Shown: one piece after another, positions 32,164 to 42,935 of the stretch | How the letters are laid out: each line of letters starts with the position of its first letter | Position numbering within the stretch: position 1 is the stretch's first letter | Assembly: GCA_963768425.1 (NCBI GenBank) | Contig: CAVYHV010000014.1 | Span: 32,001-96,000 of the forward strand | From: Candidatus Bathyarchaeota archaeon | GTDB lineage: Archaea; Thermoproteota; Bathyarchaeia; Bathyarchaeales; Bathycorpusculaceae | Length of the DNA stretch: 64,000 nucleotides | Direction of reading: 5' to 3' | Notes under the pieces: generated by a model | Told to the model about the DNA's origin: nothing | The model's database searches: none | Seen by the model: the letters and a program-made list of their open reading frames with translations, nothing else | Translations under genes and position numbers: made by a program

Positions 32164-32440
32164 CCAAAAAAAGGTGCCCTAAAGCGGAAAAATCGCGCAT
32201 CATCTTCTACACTTGACATACCTACGTCTTCCAGACCCTTGGCAGTTTTTTGGGTAACTTGAAATCGAAATATCAACAACAACATCAACAACAACAAGAA
32301 GCATGTCTTTTTTCTCTTCAAGGTAGATGATCTTGAAGAAGGCTGAAACAAAGAAGAAACCAAAAAAAAAGTCGCGTAAATTTTTCCTAATGAGCCAGCG
32401 CGAAAATGTCAAAAATATTTTAGATGGGAGATACTTTGGG

Positions 32441-32920
32441 TTAAAGTTTCTTGGTCATTACGTAAGCGTCTTCCCCGTCTGAGTAGTACCCGCTTATGGT
32501 TCGAGTAACTTCAAACCCAAGCTTCTTGTACAGCGAAATTGCCGTGTCGTTGGTGACTCGGACTTCAAGGAAGCATTGTTTAGCTTTATAGTACTCCATG
32601 CCCTCCAACGCCTTGGTGATGAGCGCCTTTGCAACTCCTTTTCGCCTTTGCTCTGGCATAACTGCGATGGATACAACATGTCCCTTTCTGATTAAGCCTC
32701 CGAAACCGAAATTTGACAAGCCCACTTCGATGCGGCACATGATGTAACCCGCCATCTGATTGTTTTCTTCCGCAATAATGAATGTTTCTGGAAATCGTTG
32801 GTGCAAGTCAATAAAGAAGAAATCCGTGTAGTTTTCGGGCAAACAAACCCTGTTTACCTGCATTACATTCTGCAAGTCGTCAGGAATAAATTTGCGAAGC
32901 TTGAAAGTTTGCTGCATCAT
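32441..32920 (-). CDS. Ard1/RimI-type N-terminal acetyltransferase
   Basis: CLPENY, GHVVSIAV..RRKGVA, LEVRVTN, YYSDGEDAYVM. Confidence 0.93.
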   Translation of the reverse strand: MMQQTFKLRKFIPDDLQNVMQVNRVCLPENYTDFFFIDLHQRFPETFIIAEENNQMAGYIMCRIEVGLSNFGFGGLIRKGHVVSIAVMPEQRRKGVAKALITKALEGMEYYKAKQCFLEVRVTNDTAISLYKKLGFEVTRTISGYYSDGEDAYVMTKKL

Positions 32921-33016
32921 TCGACCTTCTTTAAGGACATTTCACCGTTCAAACTTAAAGGTTACGCTTAAACACCCTCTAACAGCATTTTCGAGGGCAA
33001 GCCACACGGTTTAAGC

Positions 33017-34294
33017 CTATGCGTCTTCCGGCGCCTTGAACACAGGTAACGTGTAACTGCCCTGGGGAACAGCCCAAACCCTCGACGCGGAACCCGCCAT
33101 CTTGAACGCCTCTCCTAACGCGTCATTCACGGCACGGGCGGTTTTAAGTTTGAATATGCTTGTAGCATAATAGTCGGGCAGTGAAGAGACGAGAATTATT
33201 TGGTGGTTTTGCAGAGCTTTTAAAAGGTAATATGCCTTGTGCCCGCCCAAGACGAAGTTACGTTTGATTTCGTGCTCAACATTTTTCAAGTCGCCTAGCC
33301 GACTCATCCAATCATAGAACACCTGGTTCCCATGTCCCTCAGGACACTCCGCCACCAAAATTATGACGCCTCCACGTTTCACGGCGTCCAAAACGTTATC
33401 CAGCGCTTTGTAAGCTTGATACAGGTTCATGTCCGCAGGGGTTCCGCCTGCACTTACAACCAAGATGTCTGCTCGACGATCTACCGTTACACGGTACATT
33501 TCATCAACCAACTTAACGGCTTCCATGAAAGCTTGTTCTAAGTCTCCGGCAAAAGCTTTTACGATTTCGCCCTTCTTGTTTTCAACAACGTTCACGATAA
33601 AATCAACTTTCGCAAGCCTGGCTGCTTCAGTCATGTCCCGATGAACAGGGTTGTCTTCCAAGTTTCCTGACCGTGCGCTAGCGTGTAGCAGCAGTGCGTG
33701 GTTCTGCTTGATGGTTTCTTCGCCGCAGACAGCGGGCAAAACGCTTTTTCTTCCCCCACCATATCCTGCGTAATAGTGAAAGCCCACATCGCCTAAAAGC
33801 ACTTTGACATCCGCCTCGGCGAACACTTTGTTAACAAACACTTTGTTGCCATGTGTCTTGGTTGAACCGATATGCACCAAGTCCGCGGCTCGGCAGTCAT
33901 GACTAACAGTTTTTACCCTTTTGCAAGCCTCGGCACCAATGAGCACGGTGACTTCTTCAGGCTTAACCGCACGATGGGTGCCGCAGCCGAAAATAACCGT
34001 TACGTTCTCGTCTTTGACGCCCGCAGAATTCAACTCGGCGAGCACTGGTAACAGCATCGTTTCACTTGGAGCCTTGCGAGTGGCATCATCAACAACAATG
34101 GCCACTTTGCTCTCGGGCTTTGCAATTTCAAATAGACGCTTTGAGTTAATCGGTTCTTTTAATGCTCGCTCAACCTCTGCTTTGGGATCGGCTACTCCCG
34201 GGCGGTCAGTCGGCTCGATTGTTCCGAGCAGGTTTCGTGCGGGAACTCGAACGCAGACGTCGGTTTTTCCATAAGGAAGCCAAACATCAACCAT
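33017..34294 (-). CDS. larA: nickel-dependent lactate racemase family protein
   Basis: VDDATR, GCGTHR, HYYAGYGGGRKS, NPVHRDM, YQAYK, ECPEGHG. Confidence 0.9.
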   Translation of the reverse strand: MVDVWLPYGKTDVCVRVPARNLLGTIEPTDRPGVADPKAEVERALKEPINSKRLFEIAKPESKVAIVVDDATRKAPSETMLLPVLAELNSAGVKDENVTVIFGCGTHRAVKPEEVTVLIGAEACKRVKTVSHDCRAADLVHIGSTKTHGNKVFVNKVFAEADVKVLLGDVGFHYYAGYGGGRKSVLPAVCGEETIKQNHALLLHASARSGNLEDNPVHRDMTEAARLAKVDFIVNVVENKKGEIVKAFAGDLEQAFMEAVKLVDEMYRVTVDRRADILVVSAGGTPADMNLYQAYKALDNVLDAVKRGGVIILVAECPEGHGNQVFYDWMSRLGDLKNVEHEIKRNFVLGGHKAYYLLKALQNHQIILVSSLPDYYATSIFKLKTARAVNDALGEAFKMAGSASRVWAVPQGSYTLPVFKAPEDA

Positions 34295-34533
34295 GGGTGG
34301 TCACGTATCGGAATGTACTCGACGTAGGAAGCTATTAAGCCTTATCAAAACAGGGAGAAGAAATGTAGCATGTTGATTTATCAGCTCCGTGACTGTACGG
34401 GGTCTTCCGCCATTTATTAGTGATTTCACAACAAGCGACTTGGTGATTGTTACTGCACTACAACAAATCTATTTAAGAACTGACAAGACTTTCTAGTTAA
34501 AAAGAAAACATTCTTTGAAAAGGAGAGTTTTGT

Positions 34534-34863
34534 ATGCTTGATGGTTTAGAATGGCTCATAATCGGCGCAATTGCGATTGTCGTGATTCTTTGGGGTCCAG
34601 CGAAAATCCCAGAGTTTGCAAAGGCACTTGGCAGAGCTAAGGGTGAATTTAACAAGGCACAAGACGAATTCAGCAAAGCAGCAAGCGAAACACCGCAGTC
34701 TAGGACCGTGACCAACTTTACAGCTCCTCCGTCCCCTTTGAAGAGCAGAGATGAAGTTCTAATCGACGCAGCCAGAAGCTTGGGTATATCAACAGAAGGC
34801 AAAACCAGGGAACAGATTTCCGAAGAAATCTCATTAAAAGCGAAACTGCTAAACGCTGATTAA
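34534..34863 (+). CDS. tatA: twin-arginine translocase TatA/TatE subunit
   Basis: EWLIIGAIAIVVILWGPAKIPEFAKALGRAKGEF. Confidence 0.9.
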   Translation: MLDGLEWLIIGAIAIVVILWGPAKIPEFAKALGRAKGEFNKAQDEFSKAASETPQSRTVTNFTAPPSPLKSRDEVLIDAARSLGISTEGKTREQISEEISLKAKLLNAD

Positions 34864-35954
34864 TCCCCTAAGCTTCATTCTTTCTTTGTTTAGAAAATAT
34901 AGTTAGAACGCTGAAAGCAAAACGTCTCATTTTGTAAGTTGGCTTTTATTTCGCCGTCAAATGCCGGAGTAGATATAATCTTAAACGCTTTCAAAATATC
35001 AAAGCGTATCCGGATTCATTTGCTTTGCTTGCGCTCGTGAATGGTCGCAGAATACCTTATGCAAAGCAACCGAAGCTTCGTCTATTTTAACAGTATTACT
35101 AGCCGTCTCCTATCCCTATGTTCTCACAGGTTCGGCTCGATTTAAAGCAGATTTCGCGCACACTAATATACCAAAAATTGAAATAGTATACGAGTGCCAC
35201 AAACAAAACAGAAACTGCCTCAAAATGCATTCTGCCCTCCTGAGGACCTAAGTAATCAAAAACAGGTGGACAAATTTGAGTAAAGACCATAAATTCAGGA
35301 AAGACTTTACGCCAGAACAATACGCTGCTTATTTAGAAAGAAAAGCGAAGAATCCATATGCCCTGATACCTGAAAATAACGAACCACGGAACTTGAAATC
35401 TAAGAATAAAAAGAACACCGGATAATTTTTGTTTCTTTAACGACTTCTTAAACAGCGGTAACTTGGTTGGACAACAATGATAATTTATACAGTTTTGAAC
35501 TGGCAAGAATTGAATATGATGAAGGAAATAATCCCCCGCATGTACATTGCTTTTGCGTACTGAAAAAGTTTTATTACAATTATACTGTTATAGACCATTT
35601 TTGGGACTATTCAGAATATTTGGCAACTTTATCCTTAGACCATAAATATTCGACATATGCTCTCATAGTAAGGTTGGTTTCTTCTGCTCTTTTCTTAATA
35701 TCTACGTGAGTTTTTTCAGTAACTGTAATTGTTTTGTATCCTTTACGCGGCAAAAAGAACAAACTCCTCTTCCGTAATTTACCGTACGACTGAATATATA
35801 ATTAACGGTTTTACAGCACGGTTGAATGTATAGTAATGGTTAGACCGAACAATTGAACATATAATTAATTTGTGTTATATAATTAATGGTATCCCTTTTA
35901 TTGCGAAACCTTATATAAATACACGACCGCTAACTAACTTCAGAGGGAAGCAAA

Positions 35955-36155
35955 ACGCCGAAAAAAGGCTACAAAAGCATCACTGTAAAAGATGAGGTGT
36001 ACGCTTATTTTTTCAAAGAGTGGCTTAAGGTCAAAGAAGAGTACTCAACTAAGAAAGGCATTCACAGCTTCTCGGCCTATGTTACATACATCTTAGCTCA
36101 ACTGATGGACGAAGAAAAGAAATGCAACACGAAAAAAGATAGAATTCAAACGTAA
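35955..36155 (+). CDS. small RHH-like protein, apparent ACG start (absent from ORF track)
   Basis: (M)PKKGYKSITVKDEVYAYFFKEWLKVKEEYSTKKGIHSFSAYVTYILAQLMDEEKK...; BRE/TATA CGAAACCTTATATAA and AGAGGGA upstream. Confidence 0.6.
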   Translation, partial: TPKKGYKSITVKDEVYAYFFKEWLKVKEEYSTKKGIHSFSAYVTYILAQLMDEEKKCNTKKDRIQT

Positions 36156-36266
36156 GAAATAGTAACGTATGTTATGTTTTGTTTGTTATATCAAGTTGTG
36201 CCAACAAATATTCAAGTGATTGGAACCCCTTTACGGTGCGGTATAGTACCGTACTGAGCGCTTGGA

Positions 36267-36392
36267 ATGGCTAAATGTCCTAACTGTGGCGAAGAAGTAT
36301 CTAAATCGGACAAATCGTTAGAAACTCCGTTGTTCCGCATCGAAGCCTATACCTGTAAAAACTGTAATTGTTGTTTCAAAGTGACGAAATAA
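36267..36392 (+). CDS. 41-aa Zn-ribbon protein, possibly Cren7-like
   Basis: MAKCPNCGEEVSKSDKSLETPLFRIEAYTCKNCNCCFKVTK. Confidence 0.6.
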   Translation: MAKCPNCGEEVSKSDKSLETPLFRIEAYTCKNCNCCFKVTK

Positions 36393-36553
36393 CTAAATAA
36401 TTTTTGTCCTCTTCTATCGAAAACCTGCTATTAAGATATAGCCCGATTTCTTGAAGACCCATAATTGCTTTTGTGTACTGAAAAATGCCTAAGAGAGCTT
36501 TTGCATCTCGCACACAACAAATATTAATAGTATTTTCCCTCTTTGGAAGATAG

Positions 36554-36964
36554 ATGAAAACCGCAGTTTTCTACCTCTCCAGAACTGGAAACACAAAACG
36601 ATTTGCAGAAGCAATCTCTGAAGCCTTGAAAGCCCCACTTTTTGACGTAATATCAATAAAACCCGAAATGCAAACTGAATACGATTTATTAGTTATAGGC
36701 ACGCCAGTAAACGGTTTTACTGCATGCCCAGAAGTTTTATCATTCGTCCAAAAACTGCCAGAGGGCGTAAACAAAAACGTGATTCTTTTCTGCACCTATG
36801 CAATTGCCAAAGGTAACACATTCAAAAACCTCCAACAATTCCTTTCAAAAAAAGGATACACAACCCTTCTGATGGTCTCCAAAAAAGGAATAAAACCTGA
36901 CAAAAACGACTTTGCGGATGCCCTGAACGAAATAACAGCCTGCATTAGCAAACGTTTATTATAA
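36554..36964 (+). CDS. flavodoxin
   Basis: YLSRTGNTKRFAEAI, YDLLVIGTPV. Confidence 0.88.
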   Translation: MKTAVFYLSRTGNTKRFAEAISEALKAPLFDVISIKPEMQTEYDLLVIGTPVNGFTACPEVLSFVQKLPEGVNKNVILFCTYAIAKGNTFKNLQQFLSKKGYTTLLMVSKKGIKPDKNDFADALNEITACISKRLL

Positions 36965-37092
36965 CTGACAAATAAGAAAGGAACCTTTGCGAAATAATCT
37001 TCAAGTAAATGTCATTTTTTCCCTCGGTTCAGTTATGCAGTCTATATAGTATAACTATAATAGCTTTGCAGCCTATTCTCGCAGTGATTGCA

Positions 37093-38193
37093 ATGACCAA
37101 ATCTGCCCAACCAGACGAGAACTTAAACTTGAATATTAACAAAATAGTTAACGATGCCTTACGAGTTTTCTTCAAAGATGCCGTCAGAATTGCCTTAACC
37201 AGTCCTTCGCAGTCTGTTTTCTTTTTACGCACACTCAGATGGCAAAACAAAGCAGCTAAAACAAGGCAGAAGCTGGAACTCCAAGGACTGCACGTTCCAC
37301 CCATCTTAGTCATAAGCGTCACTAGCAAATGTAATCTGCATTGTGCAGGTTGCTACCATCAAGCATTAAGAAGCAAGCCTGACGCTGAAATGAGTGATGA
37401 GCGTATCGAGCGGCTTGTGGATGAGGCTAAAGAACTTGGGATATCTTTTATTGTGCTTGCAGGTGGAGAACCTCTTATGCGCCCCAACATATTGGATATT
37501 TCTAAGCAGACTCCCGAGTTAATGTTTTTAATGTTTACAAACGGGCTATTGCTAAACGAGCAAATACTTGAACGAATGGCATCAAACAAAAACATTGTTC
37601 CGCTTCTCAGTTTAGAAGGTTACCAGATTGATACTGATGGCAGACGAGGCACAGGAGTCTATGATCAGCTGCTTAAATCAATTGACAAGCTAAAAAACAA
37701 AGGTCTTTTCTGGGGAACAACCTTGACTATGACGAGAACCAACTTTGCAGAAGTCACAGATGAAACCTTTATCAAAAAACTAGTCGATTCCGGATGCAAA
37801 TTTTTCATGATGGTCGAATACACTCCTGTAATCGCAGGGACGGAAGATTGGGTTCTTTCGGAACAGCAGAAATCGAAAGTGGTATCAATCCGAAATGGTT
37901 TCCGCAAAAAGTTCCCAGCAATGTTCATTGCCTTGCCGTGGGATGAGGAGGAAATAGGCGGCTGCCTCTCAGCTGGCCGTGGATTCATACATGTTAGCTC
38001 TGAAGGAAACGTTGAACCATGCCCGTTCATCGCTTACTCAGACACCAACCTGAAAAACATGCCGCTTAGGGAAGCTTTGCAATCGAAAATGCTGAAAACC
38101 ATCCGAGAGAATCATACTGAACTCAAAGAAATCCAAGGTTGCGCTCTCTGGGAAAAACGCGAATGGGTCAAATCCCTTGCAAAAGACAATTAG
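37093..38193 (+). CDS. radical SAM protein with SPASM/twitch domain
   Basis: CNLHCAGC, GGEPL, FTNG, GCLSAGRG..HV...GNVEPCPF. Confidence 0.92.
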   Translation: MTKSAQPDENLNLNINKIVNDALRVFFKDAVRIALTSPSQSVFFLRTLRWQNKAAKTRQKLELQGLHVPPILVISVTSKCNLHCAGCYHQALRSKPDAEMSDERIERLVDEAKELGISFIVLAGGEPLMRPNILDISKQTPELMFLMFTNGLLLNEQILERMASNKNIVPLLSLEGYQIDTDGRRGTGVYDQLLKSIDKLKNKGLFWGTTLTMTRTNFAEVTDETFIKKLVDSGCKFFMMVEYTPVIAGTEDWVLSEQQKSKVVSIRNGFRKKFPAMFIALPWDEEEIGGCLSAGRGFIHVSSEGNVEPCPFIAYSDTNLKNMPLREALQSKMLKTIRENHTELKEIQGCALWEKREWVKSLAKDN

Positions 38194-38491
38194 TTAAGGG
38201 CAAAATCAAGGTTTCATACTATTGTCATTGCAATCATTACTAAATTTGATAAACTTAACCATTCTTTTTAATGTTCAGTCTTGTAACTTAAGAATCTAAA
38301 TAGTCTATTTGGACAACGCTAATAACTGTTTTAATCATGAAAGTCAACCAGGCAGGTCATCATCGAAGACGCCACCACTCCCAACCCAATCCCCTATATA
38401 TGTCGCTTTGGTGGTGACCTGAACTTCTCTTAACAAAACTCATAAGCCAAATCGTAGTACACTCATTAAGACGAAACCAGAGGCATAGAGT

Positions 38492-39064
38492 TTGAGTAAG
38501 GCTTTGATTGTTTACGGAACTCGCTACGGAGCAACTGCGAATACTTCTGAGGTCATTGCAGATAATCTTCGACAAGTAGGCTATGAAGCCAAAATTGTCG
38601 ATGCTAAAAAAGAGAAAGTGCAAAGCATAAACGAATACGACCTTATCTTAGTTGGAAGCGGAATCCAAATGGGCAAATGGACTAGCGAACCTGAAGACTT
38701 CATCAAAAAGCACCAGAAAGAACTCGCAACCAAAAAATTAGCACTATTCGTATCTTGTGGAGGAGCAAATCCCCTATCTGAAGGAGAACAGAAGAACAAG
38801 GAACTCGATGATGCCAAACGGAAATATCTTGAGGACAAGTCAGTTGAATTCAAGGTGAATCCAGTGGCTTTAGGATTCTTTGGTGGATGCTACGACTTTA
38901 ACAAAATGTCATGGTTCTTCAAAAAAACTCTATCATCAATTAAGCCAAAACTTGAAAGTGCTGGTTACAAGGAATCAAAAGCTGGAGTTTATGATTTAAG
39001 AGACTTGGACGCTATACGTGATTGGACAAAAGAAGTAGCTAGGACGGTTAACTCGCAACTTTGA
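38492..39064 (+). CDS. flavodoxin-domain protein (HemG-like)
   Basis: YGTRYGAT, YDLILVGSGIQMGKW, DLRDLDAIRDW. Confidence 0.85.
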   Translation: MSKALIVYGTRYGATANTSEVIADNLRQVGYEAKIVDAKKEKVQSINEYDLILVGSGIQMGKWTSEPEDFIKKHQKELATKKLALFVSCGGANPLSEGEQKNKELDDAKRKYLEDKSVEFKVNPVALGFFGGCYDFNKMSWFFKKTLSSIKPKLESAGYKESKAGVYDLRDLDAIRDWTKEVARTVNSQL

Positions 39065-39255
39065 GTAGGTACTTCTGGAATATTCTCATATGTATTTTTC
39101 AAAGTAGTTCCTGGATCTTGATGCGGCCCGATTTAAATTGCAGAAGTAAGGATAACGATGAGACGGGTATTCCATATGTTAAGCAAAAAATCTCCAAACC
39201 TTAAATACAAACAGGGTACACTGGTTATTTGAGAAGATTTGGAGTGTCGCAAAAA

Positions 39256-39960
39256 ATGTATTGTCAAAATTGCGGTGCAGAAATATCCCCAACGGACAAA
39301 TATTGCCCTTCATGCGGTGCGGCACAGCAGGCTCCTGCCCAACCACAACAGCAACCTTACCCAACACCCCAACCACAAACGCAGCCCCAGCCGCAAACTG
39401 ACACGCAACAACAGACAGGCATGTTTAATCAAAATAAGTATACCATAGAACAAAAGTTAGTTGCTGTCAGGGACACATATGGAGTTAAAGACTTGAATGG
39501 GAACCTTTTAGGTTACGTAAAGCAAAAAATTGTCAGCGTAGGACCCAAATTCTGGTTCGAAGACACAAACGGCGTTCAACTGGGAGAGATAGACGGCAAG
39601 CTTGTCTCCATACACGACGAGTACGATGTCAAAGACCAGAGCGGGCAGCTCAAGGCAAGAATTAAGAAGAAAATTCTAAACCTGATAGGAAGCGAATGGT
39701 GGATGGAAGACGCGCAAGGACAACAAATTGCGAAGGTCAAAGGCAACTACTCGGAACACGAATACCAAATTCTAGCTCCAGATGGAAGCGTCATAGCCCA
39801 AATACACAAAAAATGGGTCACTATAAGAGACTCATATAACATTGAAATCACCCGCCCAGACTTCGACACATTCCTCATCCTAAGTTACGTTATCGCAATG
39901 GACCATATTGAACAAAAAAACAACCCCTCCCAAAACCGCATAGGACCTTTCTCCTTCTAA
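39256..39960 (+). CDS. Zn-ribbon + LURP-one/scramblase-like protein
   Basis: MYCQNCG...YCPSCG, Q/P-rich linker, tubby-like beta strands (IAQIHKKWVTIRDSYNIEI). Confidence 0.8.
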   Translation: MYCQNCGAEISPTDKYCPSCGAAQQAPAQPQQQPYPTPQPQTQPQPQTDTQQQTGMFNQNKYTIEQKLVAVRDTYGVKDLNGNLLGYVKQKIVSVGPKFWFEDTNGVQLGEIDGKLVSIHDEYDVKDQSGQLKARIKKKILNLIGSEWWMEDAQGQQIAKVKGNYSEHEYQILAPDGSVIAQIHKKWVTIRDSYNIEITRPDFDTFLILSYVIAMDHIEQKNNPSQNRIGPFSF

Positions 39961-40387
39961 CCACTCACACAAGCACACTTGAGCAAAAAACATTGTCAAC
40001 TACAGCTCTGAACCTTCAGTGTTCTGCTTTTTCCCCTTGGAACGGGTTGAATACTGAAAGCCCTCAAGAAAAGGCATGTTTTCATGGGTTTTTGGGATTA
40101 GTCCTTTAATTCTTATGTGAGACTAAACTAAAATTCTGTTTTTGCTGTTTGACATGGAAAGAGAACTATTAACAGTTTAAGGGACATTTAAAACACATGA
40201 CTTACAAGATAGCATGCGCATTTATATCGCAGTTCTCTAGCGGCGACGAAAAACCTTCCGCTCCCTTACCGCTCCAATGCCAGCTTTTGACAGCAGATTA
40301 TGTGCCGAAATTATCTGGGAGTAAACATCTTGCAAGACGACAATTCGTCTTCTATGAATATTCATCGAAAGAGCCCCTTTCCAGCAA

Positions 40388-40437
40388 GTCAAGAATTCTT
40401 GACGAGTAACGACCAGCGCAAGTCAAAGAAATTGGAC
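40388..40437. promoter_or_regulatory. two GTC-N10-GAC palindromic sites abutting BRE/TATA
   Basis: GTCAAGAATTCTTGAC (40388-40403), GTCAAAGAAATTGGAC (40422-40437), then GAAAAATCTTTATAT. Confidence 0.55.
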
Positions 40438-40475
40438 GAAAAATCTTTTATATCTACCCGCTCCTACCTCAAAAT

Positions 40476-42011
40476 ATGGCTAGCAAAAACATAGTTCTTG
40501 CTTCCACCGTTATCTTTGTCTCAATAGTTTGTTGCGCAGGAATAAACCTCACCGTTCATGCTGGAGGCTTCAAAACAGTGGGTACGGTTACAGTGGAAGG
40601 CCAGCCGAATTGTCTAGCTTATGATTCAGGAAAAGGAGAGATTTTTGTTCAAAATCATTCTGACGGTACAATTTCAGTCATTTCCGATAGCGATAATTCA
40701 GTTGTCGCGACCTTTCCCGTTGGAGACTACCCCCAGGGAATGGCTTACGATTCTGGCAAAGGAGAGACATTTGAATCTGATTTAGACGACGTGGGGGAGG
40801 TCGTAGGCAGCTCTTCTCCTGTCGTCCGTGTAATATCGGACAGCAACAATAGCGTTGTTGCTACGATTCCTAATGTTGTAGGAAACTTGGCTTATGACCC
40901 GGCAAAAGGAGAGGTTTTCGTAAGCCAATATGACACAAATGATGTTTGTGTAATTTCAGACAGCACAAATACAGTGGTCGCCAGCATACCTGTAGGCTTT
41001 GAGGCCACTGACATAGTTTATGATTCTGGAAGAGGAGAAATCTGGGTTGATAACGGCAGCTACTCTGTATCAATCATTTCGGACGCAACAAACAGGGTCG
41101 TTGGAACCATAAATGTCGGCGGTCAACCCTGGGGATTTTTTTCCAATATGGCTTATGACCCGGCAGAAGGAGAGATATTTCTGACTTCCATGGAAAGTGT
41201 AATCGTTATATCGGACAGCACCAGAACTCAAATTGCAAGCGTTCCTGAGTCTGCCCCTCTCAGCGTAGCTTATGCTTCGGGTAGAGGCGAAGTCTACGTA
41301 GCCAACTACAACAGCAACACCACCTCAGTCATCTCTGATGCTGACAAGAGAATAGTTCAAAACATCCCTGTAGATTTTCCCACCGCCGTGGTCTATGATT
41401 CAGGTAAAGATGAAATATTCGTTGCAAACGGCGGCCTCGTCCCAATTACGGGATTTGTCGGGACTTCTGTCACCATATTAACCCCGCAACTCGTAGTTCC
41501 TTCAGTATTCTCATCAACAAATTCGGTAGCTGCAGGCGGGAACACCACGTTGACTTCAGCATTGGATGGAGGCGTCTTGCCGTACAAATACCAATGGTAC
41601 GTTCTGGCTCCCAAAGATTCAAGTTTCTCTCGCGCCAATAACGGGACTTCATTAAGCTACCAATTCAAAACCCTGAAATCCTCCCCGAAAGGGAACTGGA
41701 CCTTTGTTCTCCAAGTCACAGATTCAACCGGAGCAAGCGTAAACTCGACGGCAACAACAATCACAGTTAATCCGCCTGCTCGGAACACAGGTCTGCCCAA
41801 ATTCAACTTCGTTAGAATTATTCTAATAACGGTGGCAATAGTGGCACTGAGCCTTCTTACATTTGCACTTTTGCTTAAAAAAGCCAAAAACACGAGCGCT
41901 ACCACGCCGGAGGAAATAATGAAACTTGGAATAGCAGATTGGATAAAATATGATGAGCTGACTCTTAATGGTATGCAGCCGTATAAACAGCGTGAAAGGT
42001 TGTTTTCTTAA
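40476..42011 (+). CDS. YncE/YVTN beta-propeller surface protein with Ig-like domain and C-terminal TM
   Basis: Repeats AYDSGKGEIFV...VISDSxNxVVA; PYKYQWY...LQVTDS; signal peptide and TM. Confidence 0.88.
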   Translation: MASKNIVLASTVIFVSIVCCAGINLTVHAGGFKTVGTVTVEGQPNCLAYDSGKGEIFVQNHSDGTISVISDSDNSVVATFPVGDYPQGMAYDSGKGETFESDLDDVGEVVGSSSPVVRVISDSNNSVVATIPNVVGNLAYDPAKGEVFVSQYDTNDVCVISDSTNTVVASIPVGFEATDIVYDSGRGEIWVDNGSYSVSIISDATNRVVGTINVGGQPWGFFSNMAYDPAEGEIFLTSMESVIVISDSTRTQIASVPESAPLSVAYASGRGEVYVANYNSNTTSVISDADKRIVQNIPVDFPTAVVYDSGKDEIFVANGGLVPITGFVGTSVTILTPQLVVPSVFSSTNSVAAGGNTTLTSALDGGVLPYKYQWYVLAPKDSSFSRANNGTSLSYQFKTLKSSPKGNWTFVLQVTDSTGASVNSTATTITVNPPARNTGLPKFNFVRIILITVAIVALSLLTFALLLKKAKNTSATTPEEIMKLGIADWIKYDELTLNGMQPYKQRERLFS

Positions 42012-42935
42012 TGACTGCATGATACTATGAACGGTTATCTTGCGGTCACATTTCTAAAATCATAGGGAGAAAACGAACCTCTCTTATTCACGTTCATTGA
42101 CAGCTATTGGTTTAGGACTGAGAGGCATCATCTTATTTGGGAATAATATAATTTATATGAATCATCCAAATTAACACAATAACGTGAATTCAAAAGCGGT
42201 TGAAGAATTCAAACAAAAATTACTCGTAATAACTGAGGAAACGTACATTGCTCTCCAAAGACTAGAAAAACGACAGATAGTCAGTCTTTTGCCTTTATTA
42301 AAGAGGTGAAAATACGAGCAAAAACAAAAGAGCCTATGTTCACGTTATAGCAATTTTACTAGTTGTGATAATCATCATTTTGATTCTAATACTACTGAAA
42401 ATGATATTTTAGGCTTCCCTCATCGTTTATTAGAAGATAATCAAGAGCTGAATAATCCCCTAAGAAGTGATTATCCAGCTTTTCTTGTTTGAGAGCTTTT
42501 TTCTCTTCTAGCCAAAAATAGTAAGACAGCAATAGTAAGGGTCACAACAGCAATTGTAGCGACTATGAGCATTCCAGTCGAATTGTCGGTTGAAATGAAA
42601 AGCAAAGAAGGGGGGATTTGGAAATTGGAGTTAGCAAAAGGCAATTAGTGGATCGTGAGCGCGCGTTGCGAGTTTTTTAACTGAAAGCTATTCCCTCAAC
42701 CATAACATTGAAATTTGGAGAATACTAAGAGTCTGATGGACGATGAGAAAATCGAGGTACGATGAAGCGGAAGGCGGGGAATTAGTGCTGGAAGCTTGTG
42801 AAGTCTTTTTCCGCTATTGAGTCCATATTTAAAAAAATACCCCAATCATCTTTGTTTTCTAATTTATCTTAAGTCTCGATTTGCAAAGAGAAAACCTTTA
42901 GTGCTGCACTGAGAAAAACTCAACGGAGAAAAAGT

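Noticed and set aside
32272-32297. ATCAACAACAAC tandem duplicate in the convergent intergenic region
   Set aside because: Short microsatellite-like repeat with no further structure
42185-42310. RHH/antitoxin-like fragment (LLVITEETYIALQRL)
   Set aside because: Too short and degraded to support a call
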